The notes beneath the pieces were generated by a model. That model was not told the origin of the DNA. It searched no databases and worked only from the letters and a program-made list of their open reading frames with translations. A program made the position numbers and the translations under genes. Below, piece after piece: positions 28,274 to 37,523 of a stretch of DNA of 64,000 nt. The stretch is taken from positions 1 to 64,000 of the forward strand of contig OY970364.1 in the NCBI GenBank assembly GCA_963718565.1, written 5' to 3'. This stretch comes from an uncultured Verrucomicrobiae bacterium (GTDB lineage Bacteria > Chlamydiota > Chlamydiia > Chlamydiales > Rhabdochlamydiaceae). The number at the start of each line of letters is the position of its first letter. The stretch's first letter is position 1.

Positions 28274-28615
28274 ATGGTTAAACCGAGAAAACATCTTTAT
28301 GAAGGGATGTACATCTTAAGTGCGACACTGAGCGATGATGCCAGACAGAAAGCACTCGAGAAAATTACTACAGGCATTACCGGCCGTGGCGGAGAAATCC
28401 ACAAAGTCTTTGACCAAGGCCGCAGAAAGCTCGCTTATGAAATCAATGGAAGGAGAGAGGGCCACTATTTCCTCCTCTATTTTTCAACTCCTACGAGTAA
28501 CCTGGCAGAAATGTGGCGCGAGTATCATTTGAACGAAGATCTCGTCCGCTTTTTGACTTTGCGCACAGAGGCTGTACCAGAAAAAATAGAGTTTAAACAG
28601 TTAATTCAGGAATAA
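28274..28615 (+). CDS. rpsF: 30S ribosomal protein S6
   Basis: YEGMYIL, GRRKLAYEI, EGHY, LVRFL. Confidence 0.95.
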   Translation: MVKPRKHLYEGMYILSATLSDDARQKALEKITTGITGRGGEIHKVFDQGRRKLAYEINGRREGHYFLLYFSTPTSNLAEMWREYHLNEDLVRFLTLRTEAVPEKIEFKQLIQE

Positions 28616-28621
28616 GAAATT

Positions 28622-28894
28622 ATGAGCACGACAACTAGAAAGGAGAAAGAAAAAGCTCCCGCATCCTTAGAAGGCTTTTTTGTTAAAAAACGCAAAGTAT
28701 GCCCTTTTGTTGCTGCAGGAATCCGCAATATTGACTACAAAGACACCCATACTTTGTATCAGTTCATCACTGAACGCGGAAAGATTATCCCAAGACGAAT
28801 TACAGGTGTCTCAGCCTATTATCAACGACAGCTCGCTCTAGCGATCAAAAGGGCAAGGCACATGGCACTATTGCCGTTTGTCGCTCAAGAATAA
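28622..28894 (+). CDS. rpsR: 30S ribosomal protein S18
   Basis: IDYKD...[15 protein letters not shown]...[19 protein letters not shown]. Confidence 0.97.
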   Translation: MSTTTRKEKEKAPASLEGFFVKKRKVCPFVAAGIRNIDYKDTHTLYQFITERGKIIPRRITGVSAYYQRQLALAIKRARHMALLPFVAQE

Positions 28895-28913
28895 GAATGG
28901 AGAATTTAAATTT

Positions 28914-29411
28914 ATGCGAAATCAGTTATTACTTATCAAAGATGTCGAAGACCTCGGCCGCAGCGGCGATGTTGTGAGCGTTAAGCCAGGCTACAGTCGT
29001 AACTTTTTGCTTCCACAAAAAAAGGCTGTGATTGCAGACAAATTCACTTTGCGCATGCAGGTCAAGCTCAAAGAAGAGCGTGCAAGACGTGCTGAGCTAG
29101 ATCGCAAAGACGCGGAAGAGTTATCCCATAAAATTGAAGGGATGGTCCTTTCCACCGAAGTGAGGGTGGATCCAGACGGACATATGTACGGTTCCGTCTC
29201 TGCGCTGGATATTGTGCGCCTTTTTGCAGCTGAAGGGATTGTTATCGAGCGCCGCAATGTCGTGCTCCTTCATCCCATTAAAACGTTGGGAGTCCATTCG
29301 ATCAACCTCAACCTTAAAGAAGGGGTTTCTGCTCACATCACGCTAAAAGTGCATAGTGGCAGCGAAATTTCTCAAGAAAAAAATAAACAAGCCCCACAAG
29401 CACAAGAATAG
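28914..29411 (+). CDS. rplI: 50S ribosomal protein L9
   Basis: LLIKDVEDLGRSGDVVSVKPGYSRNFLLP, MYGSV, PIKTLG; start set at MRNQLL. Confidence 0.96.
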   Translation: MRNQLLLIKDVEDLGRSGDVVSVKPGYSRNFLLPQKKAVIADKFTLRMQVKLKEERARRAELDRKDAEELSHKIEGMVLSTEVRVDPDGHMYGSVSALDIVRLFAAEGIVIERRNVVLLHPIKTLGVHSINLNLKEGVSAHITLKVHSGSEISQEKNKQAPQAQE

Positions 29412-29438
29412 TGTTTCCGCATCTTTTCCTAAGGAAAA

Positions 29439-30098
29439 ATGAAAAAGTTGATTCAAGGAATCGTTGATTTCAGAAAAAGTCTGACTGAAGAGAGCAGATC
29501 GCTTTTTGCAAAACTAGCTCTTGGGCAGAAGCCTGATGCTCTCTTCATTTGTTGTTCTGACAGCCGTGTGGCGCCGAATGTTTTTGCATCGACAAATCCT
29601 GGAGATTTATTTGTCTTGCGCAACATCGGTAACCTGATTCCTCCGCACTCTTGTGCGTTGCAAGAAACCAGCGTTCCCGCGGCTGTGGAATTTTCACTGT
29701 TCTCTTTAAATGTTTCCGACATTATTGTTTGCGGACATTCTGAATGTGGAGCGATGCTTGCGCTTGCAGCAGGTACGGATGCCGTTTCTTGTCCCCATCT
29801 CAAATCTTGGCTTAAATATGGGGAAGAATCTTTAATTAAAGTTAGAAAAGGGCTAGTTGTTAATCCTCATTTGTTAGAACACAATCAAATTTCCCAGGTC
29901 AATGTACTCGAGCAGATGAAGCATATCGCAAGTTATCCCGCAGTCCGCGATCGGATAGAAAAAAAACGACTTCGAATCCACGGTTGGTGGTTCGACATCG
30001 CCCAGGCCGACGTGTATTGCTATGAACAAAACCTTCATCAATTTGTATTGATCGACAACAAAGAAGCAAAGCTAATCCTTGAAAGATTGGAAACCTGA
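29439..30098 (+). CDS. Beta-class carbonic anhydrase
   Basis: GQKPDALFICCSDSRV, PGDLFVLRNIGN, CGHSECGAM zinc ligands. Confidence 0.95.
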   Translation: MKKLIQGIVDFRKSLTEESRSLFAKLALGQKPDALFICCSDSRVAPNVFASTNPGDLFVLRNIGNLIPPHSCALQETSVPAAVEFSLFSLNVSDIIVCGHSECGAMLALAAGTDAVSCPHLKSWLKYGEESLIKVRKGLVVNPHLLEHNQISQVNVLEQMKHIASYPAVRDRIEKKRLRIHGWWFDIAQADVYCYEQNLHQFVLIDNKEAKLILERLET

Positions 30099-30106
30099 CT
30101 TTTGGG

Positions 30107-30222
30107 GTACGTCCTTAAAAACTCATGGCAAAAGTTGAAGACCATTTTGATCCATGCCAAACTTACCACTTATCGATCTTGATTGGGCACGGATCGAAAT
30201 GGTCTTCAACTTTTGCCAGAGT
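30107..30222. mobile_element. MITE family B, right end eroded
   Basis: GTACGTCCTTAAAAACTCATGGCAAAAGTTGAAGACCATTT...AAATGGTCTTCAACTTTTGCCA. Confidence 0.8.
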
Positions 30223-30395
30223 CTTCATTGTCCAGCTCGGTCTGACAATAGGATCTGACCTGGCTTTAGGAAAGGAAGGATCTAAATGGACGAGGTAAAA
30301 TCGTATCATATTTCCAAACACACTGTTGTGGAAGCGTATGCTGGTAAGATTTCTTTCTCTTTGTTAACATTCTAAAAACTCTAAAGGCACAATTC

Positions 30396-31391
30396 ATGAA
30401 TTCGAAAATCAAAGATGAGAAAGTCGTTGTGATTACAGGCGCTGCAGGTTTTATTGGTTCGTGTACAGTGAAATACCTCAATGAACAAGGAATCAATAAC
30501 CTTCTTCTTGTCGACGATGTTAAAAAGACGGAGAAATGGAAGAATCTTCTCAATAAAAAATGCATCGATTTTATCTCTCGCCACGATCTATTCAAGTGGT
30601 TGGAAGGGAAAGAGGATATCGTCAAAGCATTTATCCATCTAGGCGCATGTTCGGACACGTTGGAGGTGGATGGCAATTATCTCATGGAGAATAACTTCCG
30701 CTATACGGTGAGACTAGCCGAATATGCGATGAGCTACGGCCAACGTTTCATCTATGCATCCTCCGCAGCTACTTACGGTGATGGGATGCTTGGCTTTAGC
30801 GATGACCATGCGATGCTGGAGGATTTGCAGCCGTTGAATCTCTATGGATTTTCCAAATACTATTTTGATTTGTGGGCAAAACAACAAGGAATCCTCAACC
30901 AAGTGATCGGTTTGAAATATTTCAACGTGTTCGGACCTAATGAAAATCACAAAGGGCGCATGGCTTCAATGATATTCAAGATGCTGCCAGCTGCACAAAA
31001 CGAAGGAAGGATCCGTCTGTTTAAATCTTCTGAACCCGAACGTTTTGGCGATGGCGACCAGTGCCGAGATTTCATTTATGTCAAAGACGCGGTTCGGATG
31101 ACTTGTGACTTTTTGGAAAACAATATCGGCGGCATTTTTAATATCGGAACAGGAGAGACGACAACTTGGAATCTGCTTGCCAAAGCGGTATTCAAAGCTC
31201 TCGACAAACCCGCTCAAATCGAATATATCGATATGCCAAGCGACCTAAGTCGTCAATATCAAAACTACACTTGCGCCGATATGACCAAGTACAAGAAGCA
31301 AACAGGTGTCAACGCTATTTGCCGATATACGATTGAAGATGGAGTGATTGATTACGTCAGAAACTACTTATTAGAGGGCAAACGATGGTAA
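30396..31391 (+). CDS. hldD: ADP-L-glycero-D-manno-heptose 6-epimerase
   Basis: ITGAAGFIGS, HLGACSDT, YASSAATYG, PLNLYGFSK, YFNVFGPNENHKGRMAS. Confidence 0.93.
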   Translation: MNSKIKDEKVVVITGAAGFIGSCTVKYLNEQGINNLLLVDDVKKTEKWKNLLNKKCIDFISRHDLFKWLEGKEDIVKAFIHLGACSDTLEVDGNYLMENNFRYTVRLAEYAMSYGQRFIYASSAATYGDGMLGFSDDHAMLEDLQPLNLYGFSKYYFDLWAKQQGILNQVIGLKYFNVFGPNENHKGRMASMIFKMLPAAQNEGRIRLFKSSEPERFGDGDQCRDFIYVKDAVRMTCDFLENNIGGIFNIGTGETTTWNLLAKAVFKALDKPAQIEYIDMPSDLSRQYQNYTCADMTKYKKQTGVNAICRYTIEDGVIDYVRNYLLEGKRW

Positions 31392-32734
31392 AACTCAGCG
31401 GGATGTTAAGCCGATTTAGAGCAGTGCGTGTATTAGTCATTGGCGATTTCATGCTGGACACTTATACGACTGGGAAGGTCAAACGTATTTCTCCTGAAGC
31501 GCCTGTTTCTGTCCTTCATGTTCAAAGAGAGGAAAGCCTTCCTGGAGGCGCTGGAAATGTCGTCTTGAATTTAATCTCATTGGGCGCTCGAGTCATTGCT
31601 GTGGGTCGAATTGGCTATGATGCTGCTGGAGAAGAATTGCGCGATGCGTTGGAGCGCGAAGGAGCTGACGTTGAAAACCTCATCCTGCAAAAAGGCTACA
31701 AAACACCCGTTAAGAATCGCCTAATCGCGGATGCACAGCAAATTCTGCGCGTCGATTTTGAAACGATCAGTCCCTTGCCAGAGCAGATCGAAGAAGAAAT
31801 CTTAGAAGGTCTACCTCCTTTGATGGATAAGGTCCAGATCATTGCTATCTCTGATTATGATAAAGGATTTTTATCGCGCTCTTTTCTTAAAAAGACCATC
31901 GCAATGGCCTCAGAAAAAAGCATTCCTGTCATCGTCGACCCCAAAGGGGATGATTTTTCGAAATACTACGGTGCATCGGTGATTAAGCCGAATCTCACTG
32001 AAGCTTATGCAGCGGCCAAACTCCCCTCTGAGGTCCCCCTAGATCAAGTGGCTAATGTCATTCTTCAGAATTGTGGCGTAGAGATGTTAATCGTCACGCG
32101 CTCGGAAGCCGGAATCTCTTTGTTTAATAAGGCGGGCCAGCAATTTGATTTTCCTGTGCGCTCAAAAGAAGTGAAAGATGTCACAGGTGCAGGAGATACT
32201 GTTCTTTCCATGATCAGTGTGGCCCTTGCTAATAAATTAGATATCAAATATGGCGCTCAGCTTGCCAATATCGCAGCAGGAATGGCGATCGAAAGATTAG
32301 GCTGCGCCCGCATTAATCTCTCCGAGATGGCCGAACGCCTTTTAGAGTTTGATGTCGAAAATAAGATCTTTGATGAAGAACATCTGTTTGCCCTCCAACA
32401 AGCCTTGAAGGGAAAGCGTTATACGGTCTTAGGACTGAACAGTGCGCATGGGATGTCAACCGCTCTTTTCCGCTCTTTGCGCAAGCTGTCTTCTAAGGAC
32501 AGAGAGAAAAAGTTGATCGTCTATGTGCGCGACAGTGATCCTGATACTGAATTTGTCTCGCTTCTCTCTTCTCTTGCAGAAGTCGATTTCATTGTCCTCA
32601 AATGCGAAAGCTTAAAAAACCTTTGCGATATTATCCATCCGGATCAAGTTTTTATTATGGAAGAGGATAAACTGGTCACTCTGGATCACGCCACAGCGCT
32701 GCTTTCCAGGGTAAGAGAGAGTTCTCAAGCTTAA
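31385..32734 (+). CDS. hldE: HldE/RfaE heptose-7-phosphate kinase with a degenerate C-terminal adenylyltransferase-like domain
   Basis: VIGDFMLD...RISPEAPV, GGAGNV, SDYDKG, VDPKG, DVTGAGDT; the C-terminus lacks the TNGCFD/HxGH motif. Confidence 0.85.
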   Translation: MVKLSGMLSRFRAVRVLVIGDFMLDTYTTGKVKRISPEAPVSVLHVQREESLPGGAGNVVLNLISLGARVIAVGRIGYDAAGEELRDALEREGADVENLILQKGYKTPVKNRLIADAQQILRVDFETISPLPEQIEEEILEGLPPLMDKVQIIAISDYDKGFLSRSFLKKTIAMASEKSIPVIVDPKGDDFSKYYGASVIKPNLTEAYAAAKLPSEVPLDQVANVILQNCGVEMLIVTRSEAGISLFNKAGQQFDFPVRSKEVKDVTGAGDTVLSMISVALANKLDIKYGAQLANIAAGMAIERLGCARINLSEMAERLLEFDVENKIFDEEHLFALQQALKGKRYTVLGLNSAHGMSTALFRSLRKLSSKDREKKLIVYVRDSDPDTEFVSLLSSLAEVDFIVLKCESLKNLCDIIHPDQVFIMEEDKLVTLDHATALLSRVRESSQA

Positions 32735-32814
32735 CATTAAAACATTTAATGTGTTTTATGTTAAGGCCTCCTATAGTATGCTCTCTCTTGCTTAATTAGT
32801 GAGAGGGGAGTTCA

Positions 32815-33621
32815 ATGAAAAGATACATTTTACCTTTGTTAACGGCGACGACAGTTGTGACGACAGGAGGCTTTGCCGAAGAAGAGAAGCCTAAAGTTTC
32901 TATTTGTCAAGAGGCTGAATCTCAGGTTGCTGAAAGCCCTGTTCAACAAACCCTTCAAGAAACAAGAAAAAAACTTTCCGAGCTCGTGCATAATGATTCA
33001 GTGGTGATGAAAAACTTTGATCATCTTTCTGAAGGTCTCCTTGCTGCTTTTCAAAAGGAAAAGAGTATGACAGCTCAAGAGATTCAAGAAATTTGTTCTG
33101 GAGTTAGTTTTGCCGCTGAAAAGCATCGTTTCCAAACACGCAAAAACAAAGAAAAAACAGCTTACATTTCACATCCCATCGGTGTTGCCTATCATCTGGT
33201 GGATATCGGCGAAGTGAGAGAGATTTCGATCATTATTGGTGCTCTTCTACACGATACTGTCGAAGACACACAAACGACATTCGAAGAAATTGAGAATAAG
33301 TTTGGCAAACAAGTCGCCAGCTTAGTGCGTGAGGTGACGGATGATAAATCTCTTTCTAGAGAAGCTCGTCAGCGTCTTCAAGTGATCAATGCCTCCCACA
33401 AATCGAAAGGAGCAGCGCAAATTAAGCTTGCCGACAAGCTGTTTAACCTTAGTGATCTTTATAACAATCCTCCGCCTGACTGGACGCAAACCCGTATCGA
33501 CAGATATTACGAATGGGCCCAATCGGTGGTGGATCGTCTTCCTGCTTCTAATGATAAACTCCACGAGGCAGTCGAGGAGATCATCAATCAATATTGGGAA
33601 AAACAGGCTCCAAAAAAATAA
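32815..33621 (+). CDS. MESH1/HDDC3-like HD-domain (p)ppGpp hydrolase homologue with signal peptide
   Basis: AAEKHRFQTRK, YISHP, LLHDTVED, VREVTDDK, KLADKLFNL, PPDW...YYEWAQSVV; N-terminal MKRYILPLLTATTVVTTGGFA. Confidence 0.85.
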   Translation: MKRYILPLLTATTVVTTGGFAEEEKPKVSICQEAESQVAESPVQQTLQETRKKLSELVHNDSVVMKNFDHLSEGLLAAFQKEKSMTAQEIQEICSGVSFAAEKHRFQTRKNKEKTAYISHPIGVAYHLVDIGEVREISIIIGALLHDTVEDTQTTFEEIENKFGKQVASLVREVTDDKSLSREARQRLQVINASHKSKGAAQIKLADKLFNLSDLYNNPPPDWTQTRIDRYYEWAQSVVDRLPASNDKLHEAVEEIINQYWEKQAPKK

Positions 33622-33646
33622 ACCCAAAACTTTTGCAAGTGGCTCT

Positions 33647-34558
33647 TTAAGCTAAATGGCGTAGCCGATCGATCCGTTGTTCGAGAGGTGGGTGAGTGGC
33701 AAACAGCATCATCAAACCGCTTTTTCCGTGCGTAGAAATTTTAAGAGCCTGAAAAGAAGGTTTTTCTGTCTGTGGATCGCGGATCTGCTGCATCCTTTGC
33801 AGAGATTCTAAAGCGGCAATCATGTTGTTTTTTCCAGCTAAATCAGCACCCCCGCGGTCGGCGCGAAATTCGCGGAATCTCGAGAACCAGCAGACAACAA
33901 TCGAGCCTAAAATCATAAATACAACTTCAAAAAGGAAGACAAAGATCATGTAGCTAACGTAGGATCCGGAAGATCCTTGATCTCGGCTGCGGCCCATCCC
34001 CGAAAAAACATAGGCGAGGACGCGGGCGAGGAACATGACAAAGGCGTTGACGACTCCTTGAATTAAGGCCATTGTCACCATGTCACCGTTAGAAATATGG
34101 GAAATCTCATGAGCGAGCACGCCCTCCAATTCTTTTTGCGACATCTTACGCAAAAGGCCTGTTGAAACGGCGATGAGAGAGCGCCTTTTGGTTGGACCTG
34201 TCGCAAAGGCATTGGGCTCAGGAGATTCAAAAATGCCAACCTCAGGCATATCAGGGAGATGAGCATCGCGAGCAAGTTGATGAACCGTTGCAATCAAATG
34301 GCGAAGTTCAGAATCGCTCGTATCGGGATTGATGACATGAACGCCCATCATCCATTTTGCCATTTGTTTGGAGAGTGCAAGCGAAATAAAAGCACCCCCC
34401 ATGCCCCAAATAAAGCAAAAGATCAATAGGGATTGAATATTGAGTCCATATCCTTGTAAAAAGGGTTGAACGTGAAAAATATTGAGAATGATGGATAGGG
34501 TAACGACAACGAGAATATTGACTGCAAAAAATAAAAAAATCCGTTTAGCCATAGCCAT
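33647..34558 (-). CDS. htpX: Membrane zinc metalloprotease HtpX
   Basis: PNAFATG, VLAHEISH, NGDMVTMALIQG, FSRFREFRAD, THPPLEQRI. Confidence 0.95.
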   Translation of the reverse strand: MAMAKRIFLFFAVNILVVVTLSIILNIFHVQPFLQGYGLNIQSLLIFCFIWGMGGAFISLALSKQMAKWMMGVHVINPDTSDSELRHLIATVHQLARDAHLPDMPEVGIFESPEPNAFATGPTKRRSLIAVSTGLLRKMSQKELEGVLAHEISHISNGDMVTMALIQGVVNAFVMFLARVLAYVFSGMGRSRDQGSSGSYVSYMIFVFLFEVVFMILGSIVVCWFSRFREFRADRGGADLAGKNNMIAALESLQRMQQIRDPQTEKPSFQALKISTHGKSGLMMLFATHPPLEQRIDRLRHLA

Positions 34559-34584
34559 AACAACACCTTAAAAATTGAATCTCA

Positions 34585-34613
34585 ATTATGCCCTCAGGTT
34601 CTCTTGCTGTCAA
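34585..34613 (-). promoter_or_regulatory. Strong candidate sigma66 promoter for htpX
   Basis: Minus strand TTGACA-N17-CATAAT, 27 bp upstream of the ATG. Confidence 0.7.
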
Positions 34614-34623
34614 GGGTAGTAAA

Positions 34624-34695
34624 GAGGGAATTGCAAAACTCCTCGCCGCATAAAATCATCGATTTTCTGCTGACGAGGAGTTTTGCAATTCCCTC
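34624..34695 (-). mobile_element. MITE family A, internally deleted (72 bp)
   Basis: Both 24-bp TIRs retained; TAAA on both flanks. Confidence 0.88.
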
Positions 34696-34796
34696 TAAAG
34701 TATGAGAATTTCCTTTGCATAATAATTCGAAAATGTGTCATTTAGGACATTCAAATTTCCTTTTCGCACACTTTTTAACTGAGGTCTTGAGCGCAA

Positions 34797-35033
34797 ATGG
34801 TCATCGAACTCCGAAAAAGAGCAAAATGTAAAAGCAATCTTTCGTCTCAAGATTTACGTAATGCATTGGCAGAAAAAAATGCCTGCTATGTATTGATCAC
34901 TTGTGGTGAGCCAACAGAAGATGGTAAAATGGAGGTTGAAATGACTTTCGAGGGAGATGCTTCATTAGCAGCTTATCTTCTCGAAAGTGCACAGGGTCTC
35001 ATTGAAAGTCAAACTGAAGCTTCCCTCACTTGA
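34797..35033 (+). CDS. Small hypothetical protein
   Basis: 78-aa ORF with GAGG upstream; CYVLITC...MEVEMTFEGD...LAAYLLESAQ. Confidence 0.65.
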   Translation: MVIELRKRAKCKSNLSSQDLRNALAEKNACYVLITCGEPTEDGKMEVEMTFEGDASLAAYLLESAQGLIESQTEASLT

Positions 35034-35123
35034 GTATGTGAATCTTTTTTGCTGCTCATTTCGGTCTACTCAGCAAGTTATACTGTGCACGGTATAAATC
35101 ACGTCCCAGCTACAGAGGTAAAA

Positions 35124-36509
35124 ATGAGCTCACTTTCTCCGGAACAACTGAAAAAATGGTATAAGGAACACTACGACCAGACGATCAAGGACTTTTTCAC
35201 TTTCTTGAGTTTTCCAAGCATTAGTACAGATCCCAATTGTGAACAGGATTCACGTCGTACAGCAGATTGGCTATGCAATTACATGAAAAGTATTGGCTTA
35301 GAGGCCACTCTTTGGGAAACCCCAGGACTCCCTGTAGTTTTTGGCACGCATTTAAAAGCGGGAAAAGATTGTCCGACTCTTCTGATCTATCATCATTATG
35401 ATGTCCAGCCTGTTGACCCTCTCGATCTATGGAAGAGTGATCCGTTCAAACCTGTCATCAAGAATAATCAAGTATTTGCCAGGGGCGCTGCCGATAACAA
35501 AGGACAATGCTTCTATTCATTGACAGCTCTAAAGGCATTTCTCGAACTTTCTAAAGAATTTAACTTCAATATTAAAATATTTATCGAGGGCGAGGAAGAA
35601 TCAGGCGGTCGAGGGACTGCAGCGATCTTAAAACAGAAAGAAGCGGAGCTCAAAGCAGACCATCTATTGGTTATCGATTTTGATGTTCCTAATGCAGCAA
35701 CGCCAGCAATCACATTGGGCATGCGCGGTCTTGTCGGCCTCAACGTTGAATGTTCCAATTTATCTACCGATCTTCATTCAGGTGTGCATGGCGGCATTGT
35801 TTTAAATGCTAATCGCGCTCTTGTGACATTGCTTGCAGGGATATGGAATAAGAATGGAAAAGTGCAGATCCCACATTTTTATGATGACGTTCGCCCTCTG
35901 CCCAAGGAACATCTATCGCGGGTCGATATGTCCTTTGATGTCGAGCAATATAAGAAGAGTTTCGGAGTAGAAGCATTTTGTCCTGAAGAAGGATATTCGA
36001 TCAAAGAATCCAACTGGCTGCGTCCCACTTTTGAAATCAATGGAATGTGGGGCGGCTATACCGGACTGGGGTTCAAAACAGTCATTCCCGCTAAAGCTTA
36101 TGCAAGAATTTCATGTCGCCTTGTTCCCGATCAAGATCCAGAAAAAATCGCAAAAGACATCGCCGAATATCTTAAAAGGGAAGCACCTAAAGGCATAGAA
36201 ATCAAGGTCGAATTGCATCATGGGGCAAATGCTTACCGCAGCGCTCTTGATTCTTTTATTGTCAAAACTGCCGCTTTAGCCTATGAAGAAGTATTTGGCA
36301 AGCCATGTAAGTACCTCTTTTGCGGGGCCTCCGTTCCGATCGTCGTCGATCTTGTCCGTGCTTCTAAAGCTGAAGTGGCCATGATCGGGGTTGGTCTTGC
36401 TGATGATGACATTCATGCTCCTAATGAGCATTTTGGCCTCGATCGATTTGAACTGGGGTATTTGACCATCGGAAGAATTTTAAGCCGGCTTTCCACTGGC
36501 GGTCTCTAA
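35124..36509 (+). CDS. M20 family metallo-dipeptidase
   Basis: YHHYDVQP, ARGAADNKG, EGEEESG, DLHSG, IHAPNEHF; start set at MSSLSP behind GAGG. Confidence 0.92.
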   Translation: MSSLSPEQLKKWYKEHYDQTIKDFFTFLSFPSISTDPNCEQDSRRTADWLCNYMKSIGLEATLWETPGLPVVFGTHLKAGKDCPTLLIYHHYDVQPVDPLDLWKSDPFKPVIKNNQVFARGAADNKGQCFYSLTALKAFLELSKEFNFNIKIFIEGEEESGGRGTAAILKQKEAELKADHLLVIDFDVPNAATPAITLGMRGLVGLNVECSNLSTDLHSGVHGGIVLNANRALVTLLAGIWNKNGKVQIPHFYDDVRPLPKEHLSRVDMSFDVEQYKKSFGVEAFCPEEGYSIKESNWLRPTFEINGMWGGYTGLGFKTVIPAKAYARISCRLVPDQDPEKIAKDIAEYLKREAPKGIEIKVELHHGANAYRSALDSFIVKTAALAYEEVFGKPCKYLFCGASVPIVVDLVRASKAEVAMIGVGLADDDIHAPNEHFGLDRFELGYLTIGRILSRLSTGGL

Positions 36510-36552
36510 GGGCCGCTAGTCTAATTAAAGATTAAAAAAGTGGGAGAAAGGG

Positions 36553-37518
36553 ATGCAACACACAAATGACCTGAAGTTTCTCACCAAAGAGAATGTTCCT
36601 GTTAATCTGTCTTTATGGAATCAAATCGGTCCTTTTTTATTATTGGGCGCTTTCACCCTTCTTATTTTCAGGTATGCTCCCTTCTTCTCGCTGCTTCTTT
36701 TGACCTCGATTGTCGGTTACGCAGCTAATCTATTTTGGAAAAAAAGGGGATTTTATTTTTCTTTATTTAGCCTCATGGCTGTATCGATTTATACCATCCG
36801 ATCAGGCGTAGATCCTTTCTGGTCTTCTCTGTTCTCTGCTTCGATCGCGCTATCCTGGCTGCTCATATTTTTAGGAAAACAGGAATTCGAAACCCTTTCT
36901 TCGGGTCGAGAAGAAAACATTAAGATTCTTAAGGAAAGATGTGAAACCCTTTCGCAAGACATCTTTGCTTATCAACGCAAGGAAATCGCTTTCCAACACG
37001 GTCTTGAAGATGCACAGTCCCAGCTTTTAAAACTGAAAAATCAACTATACTGCAATCAGCCTGTCGAACAGAATAAGGAAAGCAAACCCGTTTCTGCGAA
37101 CATCATTCCTCAAGAAGAAAATGATCCGCAGGAAAAGGCGCGGCGAGAGCATGTCCAGCGTCAATATACTCTCCTTAGAGAGCAATTCGATGAAAAATCT
37201 GAGGCTCTCGACCAGGCGCGCAAAGATCTCTTTCGAGTCGAGAATGAACTTTTGGCATTACAAAGCATTTATCATGAAAAGACCTTAGAAATCCCTGAAG
37301 AAGATAGATTTCTAATGTCAGATTTGAAGAGGACAGAAGAGGAATGTGCTGAACTTGAGGCACAAGTCTTAGCTCTACAAGAATTGATTTCTGCGCTCCT
37401 TAGCCATAAGAAGCGTGCGGTCCGATCCCGCAAATCCCTAGACACTCAGGAAAGGCTACCTCTTTTGATCCAAGAAAAAATCGATCAGACCATCTCTAGT
37501 GATTCGACGTCAGGTTAA
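36553..37518 (+). CDS. Hypothetical membrane protein with C-terminal coiled coil
   Basis: About four hydrophobic segments followed by a Glu/Gln/Leu-rich heptad region. Confidence 0.65.
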   Translation: MQHTNDLKFLTKENVPVNLSLWNQIGPFLLLGAFTLLIFRYAPFFSLLLLTSIVGYAANLFWKKRGFYFSLFSLMAVSIYTIRSGVDPFWSSLFSASIALSWLLIFLGKQEFETLSSGREENIKILKERCETLSQDIFAYQRKEIAFQHGLEDAQSQLLKLKNQLYCNQPVEQNKESKPVSANIIPQEENDPQEKARREHVQRQYTLLREQFDEKSEALDQARKDLFRVENELLALQSIYHEKTLEIPEEDRFLMSDLKRTEEECAELEAQVLALQELISALLSHKKRAVRSRKSLDTQERLPLLIQEKIDQTISSDSTSG

Positions 37519-37523
37519 AACCT

